The position numbers were made by a program, and so were the translations under genes. Source: Hydrolagus affinis (taxonomy: Eukaryota). From it: DNA of 64,000 bases. Each line of letters begins with the position of its first letter. Position 1 is the stretch's first letter. The stretch covers positions 1 through 64,000 of the forward strand of contig JAAILG010000881.1 of the NCBI GenBank assembly GCA_012026655.1, read 5' to 3'. The notes beneath the pieces were generated by a model. The model saw only the letters and a program-made list of their open reading frames with translations, was not told where the DNA came from and made no database searches. This document shows positions 50,207 to 63,805 of the stretch, piece after piece.

Positions 50207-51070
50207 CATAATTATACTTTCATTTAATACAGATCCTTTCACATCATGAGAACATCTCATGCTAACTCCCTTTCTCCCTTAACCCCCTTTCTCCCCCCTC
50301 TTCCTCCCTGACTTCACCCCATCCCACTTTTCCCTCCCTCTGCCCCCTTGCCCTCTTTTCCCCCTTTCTCCCCTGGCCCCATTTTGATGACTGTTTGTGA
50401 GACACTGCTCTGCGAAATTTGGCTGTTGCACTTCGCCCACAAACTTACAGTCGGTTATCCTTCTCTCCTTCCCCCCTGCCCTGACCCCTCCCCTTGTCAT
50501 CTTCCCCCCCTTTCTCCTCTAATCCCACTTCCATGACTGTTTGTGGGACACTGCTGTGCGCAATTTGGCTGCCGCGTTTCGGCCACAAATATGCAGACAA
50601 TTCTCTTACTGTCCTTCATCCAGCCCCCCCACACCCCTCCCCACCACCCTTGTCCCTACCTAACTGTACAGCACCTTGGGATGTCCTCTCGGCGTGAAAG
50701 CGTTATATAAATGTAAGTTTTGATTGGTTGATTGGTTGATTGATTGATTGATTGATTGATTGATCTCAAAGCACTTCACAGGATTTTACTGTAAAATATA
50801 ATGTTATTTTGTAGATTAACCCAACTGCCAATCTGCACACAGCAATTTCCCACAAACAGCCATGAATTAAATTATCAATTTTATCAGGAGTTGGTGGCCA
50901 GGGCATTGCAAGAATCTCCTTTATTTTCGAATAGTGCCATGGGATCGTTAGTGTCCACCTAAACAGGAAGACAGGATCTCAGTTTAACAATCTAAAACAA
51001 AGGAAGGCACTACTGATACTGCAGTACAAGCCTAACACTGTATTGGAGCACTGTATTGAACTTAGACTAG
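50207..51070 (-). mobile_element. Deu-domain SINE split by a younger insertion
   Basis: Tail 50207-50259, resuming at 50763 ATCTCAAAGCACTTCACAGG...TTCGAATAGTGCCATGGGATC...GTCCACCT. Confidence 0.85.
50260..50762 (+). mobile_element. chimeric retroelement: two SINE cores in pyrimidine-rich spacers, L2 tail, (GATT)n
   Basis: TSD ATCTCA at 50254-50259 and 50763-50768; cores at about 50387 and 50533; tail CAGCACCTTGGGATGTCCTCTCGGCGTGAAAG. Confidence 0.8.
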
Positions 51071-53355
51071 ACCAGTGGTGGCCAATTATTATGGTCAACC
51101 AACAGAACAACATTTTCTTGGAAGAAGCAAATCTGAATACACATCGCTGACCATATACAAACCCTCCGATTTGCAGGCAAAAGTGCTACAAACTGAACTA
51201 GCATAAAAATATACACACATTTATGTTTGCAGAAAGTTTAAGAAATGCATAAACATAATGGCATTTTATTTGGACACAATTGACTCCCATCAAAATCTTT
51301 GTGAATCATGATGCTTGTGAATTATGAGTAACAATCAATGATATGTGCCATGGAAAAGCACTGAAGTGGTTAAATTCAATTTGGATGTTATTGTACAGCT
51401 TTGTAAGATTAGGAAAATGTATAGTGAGAAAAGGGTTATCTCTTGTATTTTTCCAGAGAGTATAATTTACTCTTGACAAAATCCTCTGCTGCTAAACCTG
51501 AATAATAATAGCTGAAAGTGTACTCCTTTTTTGTACACAATGTGCAACTAATAGGAAATTTATAAACTAAATGTTATTGCAATGAATTGGAACCTTTGCA
51601 ATGTTTGCATGCTATTCCAGAATAACCTTTGATTTTATAAATACTTTTTTTTTAAAAAAGATAAAACACACAACATAGAGTACGTAAATAGAAATGAGGA
51701 TATTTGGAAAAAACGAAAACAATGAATGTGATAGGATACAACTGCAAATATTTCACATCCCTTCTTGCATCTTTCCAATATCCGTATATACAAAATATCT
51801 TTCCGTGTCTACGTTTCAGCTCAGAATGGTATGAGTCGGTATTGCTCTTTGAAAATCGAGCTGCTTAATTTTCAACCCAATCTTCACTTGACATCAATGA
51901 CATACATACCTTATACAATTTGGCAAATTCATTTTGAAACTATTTTGTAAGTTGTCAGACTTTTCTTGTAATAAACCTATTGCCATTATCTATTACTGTA
52001 TTTATATTGTTTATTTTAAAAATCATAGCGCATCAAGATATTATTTTCCAGATACATTCTAATACATTCATACTCAACACACACAAAGGTGATAATGATG
52101 GAAGTTTGTATGGCTACTCCAAATAATATTTAAAAGCATTTGCAAATAGTAATAGCTTGTGCAATTCCCCTGGTGAACACCCTGGGTGATTTTGCTGGTA
52201 GAGTAATTCAATCTATGGCGCCACAGAGCTAAGTTTGGATTCACGTACTGAGAAGCACAGTGGAGAAAAGAAAGGCGAAAATGCCTGCACTCTTCCCATT
52301 TTGTCTTCTCTTGCTAATTGAAATGACATAACTTTGATTTATATAGTTTATCACTGCACGCAAAATAATTCTTCCCTTCATAACCTGCTACAACATAGCA
52401 ACAGGAAGTGCAAATGTAGAATTGGACCCATTGTTTGGAAGCTATTGGATTTATTTGGAAGAGCTCACTTTTATTTTTCCCAAACAAATGTGTTGCCATG
52501 GTGTAGACTTTATAAGAGAAACTGGCACTGTCAGTGTCAAGGCTGCTCTGAAACTATGTCCTTGAGGTTATGGACAGAATAGGATTACATTGTACCGTAC
52601 TTTAGAAATGTGTGCAGAATTTGTGAAAGAAATTCTGAGCAAATCAGTGGAACATGATCACGCTATTTTGCTAAAATATTGGAAATATCTGCAATGTTAC
52701 GGTGAAGACAAAAGCAGTTGCAATTTGCTGTTCCTTTTTGGATTCTTTTTTCCCCCCAATGCTTTAATACAAGCTTTTGCATCATAATAAAACATTGTAC
52801 CAAACATGTTGTGAAATGTCAAGGACACATTTCTGGATTTAGAAACAAAAATGTGTGAAACCAGCCACATGCATCCTTTTCGCTTCTGGCAAGTGAGGTG
52901 CACTTTTATCCTCTGAGATGACATTCCCTTAATGTAGATATGTAGAAGGTGCTTTTCCCAGTTCCCAGCAATGCCTATAACAACTGGTTAGAGAGCACAT
53001 TTTTTATTTAAGACACATTCACTGATGTCCCTTTAATCTCCTACTATAACCAGTATAGTGTTTTGGGGAGACCGTAAATTGCTTTCAGGTACTAAAATCC
53101 ATCTTAAATAACATAGAATGAGTAGCTCAAACTGCATAAGATGTAGGGTAGCTTCATATCCAGCTGAAAACATACGCTTAAGATTTATGCTCAAGTATCA
53201 GTATAACAGTTTAGTGGGGGCAATAAAACTGACTTTAAAATACCACTAATAGCACAAATAAAAAAAAGTACTGTATCTAGGAATGGTAGCTTGCCTTATT
53301 TTAGTCAGATATTTACCTTAACTCCTGCTGTGCCAGAGCTATCCAAGTTCAATTG

Positions 53356-53417
53356 AGCCCTGAAAGAGATGCAGTCCATTGATGAATTTATTAGCTGGCA
53401 GCATCTTTTTCAGGGTT
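53356..53417 (+). other. 62-nt hairpin (candidate structured RNA or decayed palindromic repeat)
   Basis: 17 contiguous pairs plus about 10 more by hand folding. Confidence 0.55.
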
Positions 53418-54098
53418 GATACATGTTACACGATTGATATTATGATCAGGTTATCAGCTTCCACTTAGAATTGCTGCCAACTCCAAAATAGACAATGGGA
53501 GACGGGTAAGAACAGAGTTTTAAAGTTAAGTGTTTTTTTTCAGGGGGCAAGGAAAGTAACAAAGATAAAGTAACTAAAAGTTAAATAGAGGAGAGACGGT
53601 AGATGAGAAGAGAGGAAGGCAAGGCAAGTCAGATTAAAGTGTTTGAATCTGAAAACCTGCGTAGCCAGCAGGCATGGGGGAAGGCGTATTTTCCTGACTT
53701 GATGGCAGTCTAACAGTTAATTAAAATTGTAGTCATAATGCATTAATTCAGTGCAGCTGGTCCTAATTCAATAGGGAAAACATGAACTTGTGGTAATTAT
53801 ACTCAAAGTAGGATTTTTGCCAAATAATCTAGTGGTAAAACAAGGTGTAGCAGCAATGCTGTCAGGAAAATAGTGGCCTGGGTTCCTCTGCAAATTACTG
53901 ATGTGGAATGCACTGTTCCATCCAAATTGCAGAGATGTAGAGTATTGAAACTATTGAGTTATGTAAGCAGTTTCCTGTATCTTTTTTTCAAACATTAGTT
54001 TTTATTTAAAAATTATATTAATGTGCTTCCACAGATCAATAATGATGATTTTGTTTTCTTCTTCCAAATTCTTTACCTTATTATAATGTTCAGTATTA

Positions 54099-54145
54099 TT
54101 TATTCAAATGTTTCCTTTGATTTTTATTCAAATGTTTCCTTTGAT
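54099..54145. repeat. tandem duplication, period 24
   Basis: TTTATTCAAATGTTTCCTTTGAT twice. Confidence 0.9.
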
Positions 54146-54171
54146 ATAAAAAAGTCAATTAAAAAAGTGAG

Positions 54172-54350
54172 TATAATAATCAGAATAATAATTCTTGCAT
54201 TTGATGCAGCCATTATCAGGTTGTCGAGTCATATCAAAGTTCTTCACGGGATATACAGTAAAGCGATGTGTCTGTGTGTATTTAGGGTACAGCAACCACC
54301 ACAACAACAAAATTACATTTGTATAACACCTTTTTCATCGTCTTTCACGT
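54172..54350 (-). mobile_element. SINE 3' fragment followed by an L2 tail fragment
   Basis: AATAATAATTCTTGCATTTGATGCAGC... then ACAACAACAAAATTACATTTGTATAACACCTTT. Confidence 0.75.
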
Positions 54351-56580
54351 CACCATGGAAATAAAGTACAGCAAAGCATTAAATTGGCCATGAGAATTAT
54401 GTGTTAAACAGGTATCATTCAATGAGGGTCAGAATGAACATGTTGTTACAAAAAAAATGTTCATTAGGGTATTAAGGTCAAACAGAAGGTGTGTCTACGG
54501 GATACTGATTTTTTTTAAGAACTATTCTACTGTATTTAGCTCTTGGGAATCCAAGTTCTGGCTGTAATACTGCTTTTCACCCAAATCCTTTATAAAATAA
54601 TAAATGTTCCTCGAGTTGCATTGGCTTTTTATGAATTTCAGCATTCTGTTCACTAAATGGGGAATGTCATTGTTGAATAGGAAGATGAAGCAGTGCAAAC
54701 CGACCTCTAAAGTAATGCTGTAAAGTATTTTTTGTGCAATGGAAAGAATAAAAAATTACACTTCAAAAATTCAAATTTTAAAATCTATTTTAAAACGTTC
54801 CAACATTTAAAGGACAAAATTGCTTTTTGTCTTTGTTTGTTGTAGTGTTAAAGTAATTGCTTGCTGCATCGGTTTATAATAATATAAACTAGCCAATGCT
54901 ATTACTAGGCTAACACTAACCATTATTCCTCCCAAATATTGCACGATTATTTTCAAACTGTATTATGAAAGATTGGATAATTTGTGGTAAATAGCAGCTG
55001 AGAATAATGCTGCTGTTTACAGGTCAACTTAGAGATTCATCTACAAATCTTTAGGCCTAATTTCGTGTCCAGCAGGGTATTATATGAATAATTGTTATCT
55101 GATTTGTGGATAGCAAATTCAAGCCATCTCCATTTATTACTCTACCGCACAAGGCTCAGCTAATCTATGCAGAATTTATGGTGGTGAGGGTGGGGTGATG
55201 AGGGGAGGCTGTCAGATGGTTAAAAATGTGTACTTATAATGGATGCAACGTGGTCCATTAGGATTACTATTAACATAAGTTGAAAAGAAGCAAACACAGT
55301 ATATGCAAATTGTACATTGGACATTTAACATTGTGTAGTGCAATAACATTCCAGTTATCTAAATTTTCATGTGCATTCTAGCTACCAGCAAGGAGAACTT
55401 AAAGATTTCTTACTCCTCACAATAATGTGTTAATGGGTTTAGCTAAATCCCTTTCTTGACACTAGATAAATAGTAATGTTGCACTTAATCAACTTATCCA
55501 CAAAAATGTAAAGGTTGTCTGACGGGGAATTACTTGTGTGCTTTTCATACGGATGAGTGAAGATTCCTATGAGTGAAAGGAAGCTTACAAAAGATTTGTG
55601 CTTCATATGAAGATAGATTTCTTAGTTCATCGCGGAGATATCACAGTAGGCAACAGATGGTACGATAAGAAAAAAAGAATAAATTGATGGCATTGCCATC
55701 CAACCCACAGTCAATATACCAGTAACAGTTTCCTCATATAGGCAATGTTTCTACAGTATTTACCTAATGTGTGGCATAAACAGAATGCTAGAGGAAGATC
55801 AAATTCCTCTCACTTGGGCACTGGCCCATAACTCACTCAGTTATCAGATCAGCCATCTCGCAGATATTAATAATTCTCTTCATCGTGTACAATTTACAAT
55901 ATATAGCTCTAGAGAAGGGAATTATCCATATGCTTTGGCACAGTATTCAAATCAATTCTGAAACCCAGTACAATGCAAAACATTAAAGGAAACTTCACAT
56001 GGCATTATCCAATGTTAGGGCTTAACATTATTAAAGGTGTGAAGTCTTCCACATGGTTAATTACGTGTCATCTTACAAGACAGGACTTCATTAGGCCCAG
56101 TTGTGTACTCGGTCCAGAATGACAGGCACTGAAAGATGTTCTTTGCTTTGAATGAATATGCCCATTTTTGTATGACTTATGTAATACCATAGAAATAACT
56201 AAACAAATGAAGAGGGAAAAAAAGGACAATACTAGGGAAAGATCAGGGCACTTATTATGAGGCACAAAGCAAAATCTTCGGTGTTGTGATGACCAACAAT
56301 TAGAGTGGAAAAACTATTGGGATCCATTGTGCAATATATAGGGAGCAATTTCAACCCATTTACTGAGAGTAAAATAATTGAGAGTCTATACAATTAAAAA
56401 CAATCATCATGTGTTAGTTGTTGAATACAGTGATGTTTGGAAAACGTATAAGATTCCTAACAAATACCAATGTCTACTCCGAGGCAATCTACTCTGGGAT
56501 TCAGTTCTCCTGGGTAAGTGTGACACACTTTCAGTGGCCACGAGACCCATTTGTTACGAAGGTCTTATTAAGATATTAAA

Positions 56581-56765
56581 AATAAATAATAGTATTCCTT
56601 GCATTTAATATAGCGCTTTTCACATCTTCTAGATGTCTCAAAGCACTTCACAAAATATACTGTCAAGTGAATTGACAGTATATTTGTGGGCAAAACTCTG
56701 TGCACAGCAGAGTCCCACAAACAGTCATGGATTGAGTGACCAATTTATTATTATTATTATTTTTT
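56581..56765 (-). mobile_element. SINE 3' half
   Basis: CCTTGCATTTAATATAGCGCTTTTCACATCTTCTAGATGTCTCAAAGCAC...CCCACAAACAGTCATGGATTG. Confidence 0.9.
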
Positions 56766-58794
56766 GCAGGAGTCATTACCCCTGTAAAAACAATCCGCCA
56801 ATCATCGAACAATTGGTACCTACTCAGGCAAACAGTGGCATGTGTGTGTGTGGAGTAAGGAGCTTCTATAAATACTCTATGAAATATCACTGTGCTTTAA
56901 ATCCCATTAATGACATTTGTAGCTACATCATTTATATATTATAGAAATAATGTTACAAATCAAAGGATTAATTGAAAAATGCATCAACGGAGAGCTCAAC
57001 TTTACATTTTATTCCTACTGGCCTAGGCAATAGGACTGACTAAAATTAATTCTTATTTGCGACATGCAATTTGTCATAAGAACATTAACATGAGTTTCTG
57101 GATCTTGGTAACAATGGAACTGTGTTGACTACAATGGAATCTATAGAGAAAGATCAATATTTAATCATGTGAGAGAACAAATGCACACAATAAACCCTTT
57201 CTCTGTTGAAACTCAACAGCCTTGAAGTACCGAATGCTTTTCAATGTATTGGGAAAGACAGATTGTTCAGTTCGCTCATTGTTTTGTCAACACCAAGATT
57301 GCTAAAGCAAATATCAACTTGAATAAGAAAGAAAGATATTCAGAAATGCAATAAGTGATTCCGATTGCTAGTAATTATAAAGGACCGACTTCCTAAATAC
57401 TGTAATATTGCCAAATGTACATCATGTAGTGTATGAGAGAATATTGCACATGTCAAGGTGTATAAGGAACACCTTATGAACATTTTATAGAATAGCATCT
57501 ATTGTAATTGGCGTAGAAAACAATGATATTTGTCATATTATCATATTAATTGACCAAGTACAGAATGTATTTATCTGACAATGCTTCAGTTAGTGACCAT
57601 TTTGGCAGATGGAAGATGTAGTCAGTGATTCTGCCCACCTAGAAAAATGTTTTGCCCATATGTCTCTCGGGCCAACCCTCTGTGTGAAGAAATATTATCA
57701 TATCTTACCTTGCCAGCTTGTTTCTAACTTTAAGGTGATATACTTTAGAATGACTGAGGTTAAGAGATTTCTGCTGCACTGCAATTCTCAACGACTCATT
57801 AATGATGTTTTACATTGGATTTAAAGCCTTGTGAAAACCCCTGCAGGCAAACCCCGGCTTCACGCTGTTATGTCAAACACCTGATCACACTTACACTGGA
57901 GGTGCCCCAGTCTGATTGCCTAAGTATGTGAAAGGTCCCAATAGGGGGTCTAACCTCAAGAGCTCCATTACATCGAGGCAACTGCAATTGGTCCTCAACT
58001 AATTTGCCCAAACTTGAGACATAATGACACAGCACGGCTGATTTGTGTGCGCTTTGCTAACAACTTTAATCCTATTATGATATCGATGAAAAGTGATGAT
58101 AGTGAGAAAGTGACACTTTTGTATTAGTTAGAATAGAAAGACAAATGATCAGGAGAAGTTAATAGTTTATTGAAAGTTTAGCTTCCTACTTAGTCTGTGA
58201 TCAGGTTGTAAAATTAAACAACACAAACTGTTGCGCATTACTATTAAAACACATTTGACTAATTATTATGCTAATTATATACATTTCCTTGTGCATTTGT
58301 TTGTAAAAGATTTCAATCAGTAATTACACTGGCAGATTAAACGGTCGCTTTGTTATGCTCCTAAATATGTGTTTTTTGTGAGACATTTACGAGTTGCATT
58401 TCATTGATTAACAATACTAGAGGAACATAACAAAGAGGCTGTTAAGAAGGATGAAAGATTCTCTTTGAGGGATGCGATTGTAAATTCAGGTCATAAACAC
58501 TGACCATAGTTTAATTGTTGTGTTCTAACTGTACTGTTAATCAAAGGCAGAAGATTAAAGCGGTGAACCTTCCCCGCGATAGCCATCCTCATTTACATGC
58601 GATATAGAATGGTTGTTCAGTAAGAATAATTTGGGTGAGCTACTCTAGAGTAACCTCTCATTTATTAGTGAAATCCTTTTTTAAAAAAAATTGAGAAAAA
58701 TGATAGTTCAGTAACGATGCCTGGTTTAAAAAGTCTCAATTCAGATTATTTTGGGTGGCAACACAGGAATAATAACACATTAATCTGGAGTATT

Positions 58795-58890
58795 TGTTGA
58801 CCAGCACAAGAGTCATGGGATCCTTCATGTCCACTTGTGGGACCTTGGTTCACAAGTTTCACCTGAAAGGCAGCATATCTGACAAGGCCA
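58795..58890 (-). mobile_element. Deu-domain fragment
   Basis: GTCATGGGATCCTTCATGTCCACTTG...GGGACCTTGGTTCAC...CACCTGAAAGGCAGCA. Confidence 0.6.
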
Positions 58891-58908
58891 AAATTCCCCC
58901 AATTCCCT

Positions 58909-59194
58909 TATAATAATACTAATAATAATCCTTGCATTTGAAATAGCACTTTTTCACATCTTCTAGATGTCTCAAAGCGCTTCACAGAATGTGCTGTAAC
59001 GTGAATTGACTGTATATTTGTGGGCAAAACGCGGTAGCCAATTGTGCACAGCAGTCGTGGATTGAAATGACCAATTTTATTATTGTTTTTTTTTGAGGGA
59101 TTATTATTAGGCATGTGGAGTAAGGAAACTTGCCCAAGGTTTCGCCATGACCTGCCTGGATTCAAACTCGGGTCTCACACATGTAAGGGCGAGT
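58909..59194 (-). mobile_element. near full-length tRNA-derived SINE
   Basis: Collinear reverse match to 40973-41287; lacks the A-box end. Confidence 0.92.
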
Positions 59195-59961
59195 ATGAGT
59201 GTCAAACCCATAGTTTACTGCCCCAGGGGAAAGAGCGCCATCAAATCTACCTTATGTTGTGCCTGAAATGGGAATGCTCGATGTTGCAAGATATGTATTG
59301 TGTCACACAGCATGGCTAACTTGGATGACTAAAAAGAAAAATGCAAATTACTTTCAAAGTTTCCATTAGAAAACCGTCATTGGTCATCACAGATCATTGA
59401 TATGAAACACACAACGAGATTGGTACAATCTGGAAGCTTCCTAAAATAGGATATAAAAGTGACATAACATTGTAAATCTGGGGAGTAAATGTCACGGCTA
59501 TATCTATGGGCAGGGGAGTGGGTAAGTATGTTTGCATTACAGAAATGCTGGCCTTTTAAAGGCCACAAGCTGATGAATCTAGTGCAGAAACACACCTTTC
59601 AGTTTGATGAGATGTCAGTTTTGCTCAGGGCTGATCAAGTGATGAGATGAATGAAACCGAAACAATAGAAAAAAAAACATTTCTGTCAGCGATGCTTTAG
59701 GCAGTACAGAAAGTGGAATACTGGGTCAAAGCATTGGGTCACCGAGATTTCTTTTAAGCAAACAGCAATCACTGCACAATGATGCCCACTGGTCTATTTG
59801 ACTCCAGGCAATACCAAAAGGCTTTTCTCCCCCTTCCCCCACTCCCAATAAAAAAGGGCATGCTCGACTGACCAAATAGGAAAGGAAACAAAAAAAAGCA
59901 AACATGAGATAATCTCATTTATTTCCTGCGCTGCGTTACATTTTTATTGAACTCTAGACTT

Positions 59962-59991
59962 GGGTAGGGTGGGTGGTGGGGGAGGGGTGGG
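59962..59991 (+). other. G-quadruplex-forming motif
   Basis: GGGTAGGGTGGGTGGTGGGGGAGGGGTGGG: six tracts of 3 or more G with short loops. Confidence 0.6.
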
Positions 59992-60300
59992 TTCTCCTCT
60001 CAATTTAAATGGATATCACTGATTTTGTGTTAATCAGGCTTGTGCTTGCTAAATGAGATGCCAAAGCGAGATTTACAGGTTTTTAACACTGTGCTGTGAT
60101 CGGAGATATGTGGAGGCAGGTGATGCTATCAAACAGGCCTTCCTTCTAGCATTGAATCATTAATGCTGTTGTTTATATGATTCATACAGCAAAAGGAAAC
60201 ATGATTGCAGAGTGCGGTTGGAAGCAGGGCCAAGTGTGATCAGGGTGTTAACGGAAAGGGAATGAATAGGCTTGTAAATAAATATGTGTGCGTGCACCAC

Positions 60301-60482
60301 AAAAAAAAATTGGTCATTTCAATTCACGACTGTTTGTGGGACACTGCTGTGCGGAATAGGCTGTCGTGTTTCGCCCACATACGTACAGCCAATTCACTTT
60401 ACAGTATATTCTGTGAAGCACTTTGAGATGTCGAGAAGATGTGAAAAGCGCTATAGCAAATGCAAGGGTTATTATTATTATT
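60301..60482 (+). mobile_element. SINE 3' half, young
   Basis: AATTGGTCATTTCAATTCACGACTGTTTGTGGGACACTGCTGTGCGG...GAAAAGCGCTATAGCAAATGCAAGGG(TTA)n. Confidence 0.92.
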
Positions 60483-63400
60483 GAAGGCTTGGTGGATGTG
60501 TGTTTTTAGGATGTGAACCAAGCTGCGAGCCTGAATCTAGCTAGAAAATCCAATTCAATTTCCACTTCATAGCCCATGAGTTATGCAGCTCCTCAGCAGC
60601 ATATATTTATTGTAGTCAACACCTGAGCATTGACTGCATATCTATCTGTTTATATACTTGCTCTGAACACAAATTCTGCAGTTAACATGTGGCCACCATA
60701 TTCCTCGCAATATTGAAGAGCAAAAAAGCACCAGAATATGATTTGAGCGGTTTTGTGTTCAAACGTTTCTAAAGCATTTAACATGTTTGTGCTCAAAGCA
60801 AGATGAGAAAGGTCAGATCTGAGAAATGGTTCACATTTTTCTGTTCTTAGTGCACGTAATAGTCTAGATAAGCCAGAAACGAGCAGCAAGCTTCCAAAAA
60901 CCTTGGCATTTGATGAGTAAGCATCCCTTTTGTTTATGCTTGCCAGACCTTTTTCTTTTACAAATTACTTTAATTTACAGTACACAGCGGTGCACTTCTG
61001 ACCGCGGAATAATCATTCACATTTCCTCTTGATAGTACGTCTTTATCCGTCACAGACAGTAATTTATTCCACTCATTTCACCAGATTCTTTAGCGCTGAT
61101 ATTCAGGGCACAGCTTTTGTATTTATATTTTATATTGTTATTTAATGGTTTGCCACTGAAGATGACTGTGGAGCTTTGTGTTGTAGATGCTGGTGAGGTA
61201 ACAGGAGATAAAACACCTCTCTCACTCCTTTATCTTATAGATGAGATGATAGATTTCTCGTGCTAAAAATTATTTCATGGGTGTATAAAAAGCAGCTCGA
61301 TTCGCTGATTTACAATTGCACTTTATACTATCTGTGGAGGGGGAAAAAAAACATACAATGTTTTACGAAATAAATGCTTGCTTTTTTTAAGAGGGATATC
61401 CTGCATTACCATGTCACAAGAATGAAGATACAGGAACCATTTTTGTTCCAATGATTTATGATGCTTTTTAGGCTTGTGAACACGTCGGAACTATCAATTT
61501 TTTCCCCGTCAAGTTTCTTAATAACCTGAGAAAATATACCTGTAAATCTGTAACATAAAATACTTTGAGCATCATATTTCACGATTGCTATATTTATTCT
61601 GAGATAGATTACACATATAACTTGTGTTATATTGGATAGCCCGGAAACATGTAGGAAACTAATCACAATGTACAACCATGAATACTGTAATGATGCGAAC
61701 TACCACTGTAAAATATGTCATTTCATACATCTCTGTAAGAAAGTACAATACTTACTGTACCAATGTGTACATTTCCATGGTTTTTCCAACCTGCAATTTG
61801 GGTCCTTCACTTATGCATCATTATCTGAAGATTCTTTTATTGTATGTTTACCTTGAAATAACACAAAGCTATGTTGTTATGGCATCTTAATACATATTCT
61901 AGATGATATTTGACAGCTATCCCTCATCGATTCAACTTTAACCTGTTTCACGGGACAAAAATTGCCTGTTGGGACTATGGAAAGCAATTGGCAAGATTGA
62001 ATGAGGGAGATGGCAGTGTAGATAGTTATTGTGGAACTTCCATTGACTATCTTTGGTTCTCGGGAGGAAGTCTACAGACAGTTTTCTTTTATAAATGGGT
62101 TAGCGAACGTTATAAGGGAAAATGTACATAGTCAGCACAGCGTGGCCTGATTGACCATTTCTAATTCCGTGTATTTTCATGGTCTTCACAATATGGAGGT
62201 TATACATTGCAATTTTTCTGCAATTTATAATTTAGAGATAGTGCACACGCCATAACCTCTGATTAGAGCACCATGATGATTTAAACCACAGTGCTGAGAC
62301 ACACTGATTTGTAATCATGACTGTAATTTTAACTTTAATAAAGCAAAGATATAAATTGATACAGCATATGGTAGGCATTATTAGGGTAATAAACTGAAGA
62401 ATAATCCCTCACTTACACTCGCACAATGGGAAGTCCTTGCTATTACTTACTATACACGAAGCTTGGACGAAACAAATGGCAGTTCAATATAATGCCCTGT
62501 ATGAAACTCAGCCCAGTTTTTGAAGGGATTTAAATTGTGCTTTATTTTGACGTTGACCTGTTTGGTCTCCTTTCTACAACTCACTCAATCTTATAATGCA
62601 GAAATAGACCACACTGGTTCATGGATCATGAATAAATATAAGCATGTGTTTGAACCCAACCATTTCAAACATTTTCTTTCTCTTCCTGCCTCCCCACCAA
62701 CACACACACACACAGCTCATGGTACTTGTGATATTGTGGTAGACAGTCATAATGTTGGCACTGTAGATAAATTCTACTCCCTGAGTACCGGCAGTCATTT
62801 TTACAACCTGGAGCCCTGCATCTAATGTCCAGAAAATCGTGTAAGAAGAAATGAATGGAGAACCACCAGCACTAAAAAAAAACTTGATTGTCGAAGTATC
62901 CAGATGGAGCCTGGTAATATTTTGACAATTATTCTGAGAGATGATTTCATATGGCAAGGATCGGCTGACAGCTTTATTACAGGTCTTGCGATGTCATCTT
63001 GTAATCGGAGAATTTCCATGCTCTCTAACACAAATTACCAGTTACAAGGGAAGTCAATGGTCATTAAATTACCCCCATGTTAGAAAAAATGCACCATTTG
63101 TGCCTGCTCCACATGGGATTCATGTGCCACATCCCTTGTTGTTTTCCCCCCCACCACCCTCCTTGAAACCATAATTAACATCTGCAGCACTGAATGACAC
63201 AGTTCAATGTCTTGTCTTCCCTATGCGATGCACTTTTTTGTTGGTTGCTGCTAACATTTGCATAGGCCTCTAGAGAAAATAAACTGTTCAAAGCCTGTCC
63301 TTTCATACTGTATATGATGGAGACTGCACTAATGATTCCTCATGGGTTTAGCTACAAATTTAAACAAAAACAACTGCTGGAACACAACGAGCAAGTTGCA

Positions 63401-63805
63401 GGCACAACGAGCCGCAGTAACCATTAACAAGCTGCATAGTGTTCTTTTTCTCTGTAATTTATAGGGTGAAAAAACAAATTGTGATCGTTTTTGGCTGCCC
63501 CATTTCTTTCCTGACAGCAAGGCTGTAGATTTGCCTCAGAACTGAGTTCTCTCACATCTAATTCAACAAATGACAGAAGAAGGAAAATTATATCGATTTG
63601 GGCTTTGCTCTCAATAGGAAAAGGCAGTAGGAGCCGAGAATTTTTTTTCCCCCCTGATTGTGTAATTTCCATACTACCAGCTAGCACTGTATGTGAATAT
63701 TTAATTGACTGGCCAGCAGGCCTCTGGTATGTTTCTCAGCTGGTGGCACAGGATGGAGAGGGTGAAAGCTCAGTCAAAGTTGTACGTGACAGCAATGTTT
63801 AACTA

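Noticed and set aside
61410-61525. Minus-strand exon-like segment VIKKLDGEKIDSSDVF...
   Set aside because: Splice sites are only moderate and the peptide is unrecognised; not distinguishable from a pseudo-exon.
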